Source of the DNA: an uncultured Pseudomonadota bacterium
GTDB lineage: Bacteria; Pseudomonadota; Alphaproteobacteria; JACZXZ01
Length of the DNA stretch: 64,000 bases
Direction: 5' to 3'
Assembly: GCA_963749075.1 (NCBI GenBank)
Contig: CAVVLJ010000021.1
Location: 384,001 to 448,000, forward strand
Shown: positions 63,462-64,000 of the stretch, piece by piece
Numbering within the stretch: position 1 is the first letter of the stretch
How the letters are laid out: each line of letters starts with the position of its first letter
Translations under genes and position numbers: made by a program
The notes under the pieces: generated by a model
Database searches by the model: none
The model's input: only the letters and a program-made list of their open reading frames with translations
Told to the model about the DNA's origin: nothing

Positions 63462-63929
63462 TCAGGCGCGCTCCGCCCGCGCCGCGTAGCAGCCGAACTT
63501 CGCATAGTGAATATGGACATAGGCGGCGGCCGGATCGGAGAGCAGCCTCTCGAGCGCCGGTCCAAGGTCCTTGCCGTCGACGAGCTCGGCCGCGACGATC
63601 ATCGCCCGGCCGTCGAAAGCGCGCAGCGACAGCATCCTCGAGCGGAAAAGCTCGGGCACCTCGCCCTTTGCCGGACGGGCCTGCTCGACTCCTTTGCGCA
63701 CGAAGATCGCATGGGCGGCGCGATAGGGAGAGACACTCTCCTGATGCTCGTAGTTCACCAGGATGAGCTCGTCGCCCACTTCGGCGTCGGCCAGGCTCAC
63801 CCGGCAGGGAAAGCCCGGCTTCGTCGTAGCGGTCATGCGAACCGCCAGATGGCCGGCAAGCTCCTCGTCCGACATGGCGAAGAGCTTCGCGAAACGCCGA
63901 TGCTCGAGCGCCGTGATCTGAAAGCTCAT
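63462..63929 (-). CDS. DUF1203 family protein
   Basis: PGFPCRVSL, SPY...HAIFV, SLRAFD, HIH.AK.GC. Confidence 0.88.
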   Translation of the reverse strand: MSFQITALEHRRFAKLFAMSDEELAGHLAVRMTATTKPGFPCRVSLADAEVGDELILVNYEHQESVSPYRAAHAIFVRKGVEQARPAKGEVPELFRSRMLSLRAFDGRAMIVAAELVDGKDLGPALERLLSDPAAAYVHIHYAKFGCYAARAERA

Positions 63930-64000
63930 GGGGTCCTCCTTTTCGACCCGAGCTGGATAGTCCGTCCGCTCTTCGAGAACACTCCGATTCTTGCTTTCAA

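Overview
This window comes from a high-GC Alphaproteobacterium (Rhodospirillales/Hyphomicrobiales-like gene repertoire; taxonomy is inferred). The core genes are folD-DUF167-yggT, tRNA-Ala(CGC), ccmABCDE, acnA, htpG and fahA. About 40 kb of catabolic and accessory genes lie between the divergent ccmA and acnA: an acyl-CoA ligase/Liv-type ABC operon, a 2-aminobenzoate/salicylate-CoA cluster, two TRAP systems and a box benzoyl-CoA cluster lacking boxA. The strongest leads are six. (1) A DUF559 (Vsr-like) nuclease gene is enclosed by ~55-bp inverted arms whose sequence family recurs as six gene-less intergenic copies, suggesting a RAYT/REPIN-like system with a non-HUH nuclease. (2) Three perfect FNR/FixK boxes precede two divergent 4-Cys (DUF6455-like) proteins and a 2OG-Fe(II) oxygenase. 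(3) Two multi-hairpin sRNA candidates have C-rich loops. (4) A DUF5131/truncated tcmP/Xre-RES module with a 4x12-bp repeat is inserted in the ABC operon. (5) An MNIO (DUF692)/DUF2063 pair has no obvious precursor. (6) A flavodoxin sits where BoxA would be expected. Three genes carry identical-type +1 frameshifts, probably sequencing errors. All family calls come from motif recognition by eye; no database searches were run.
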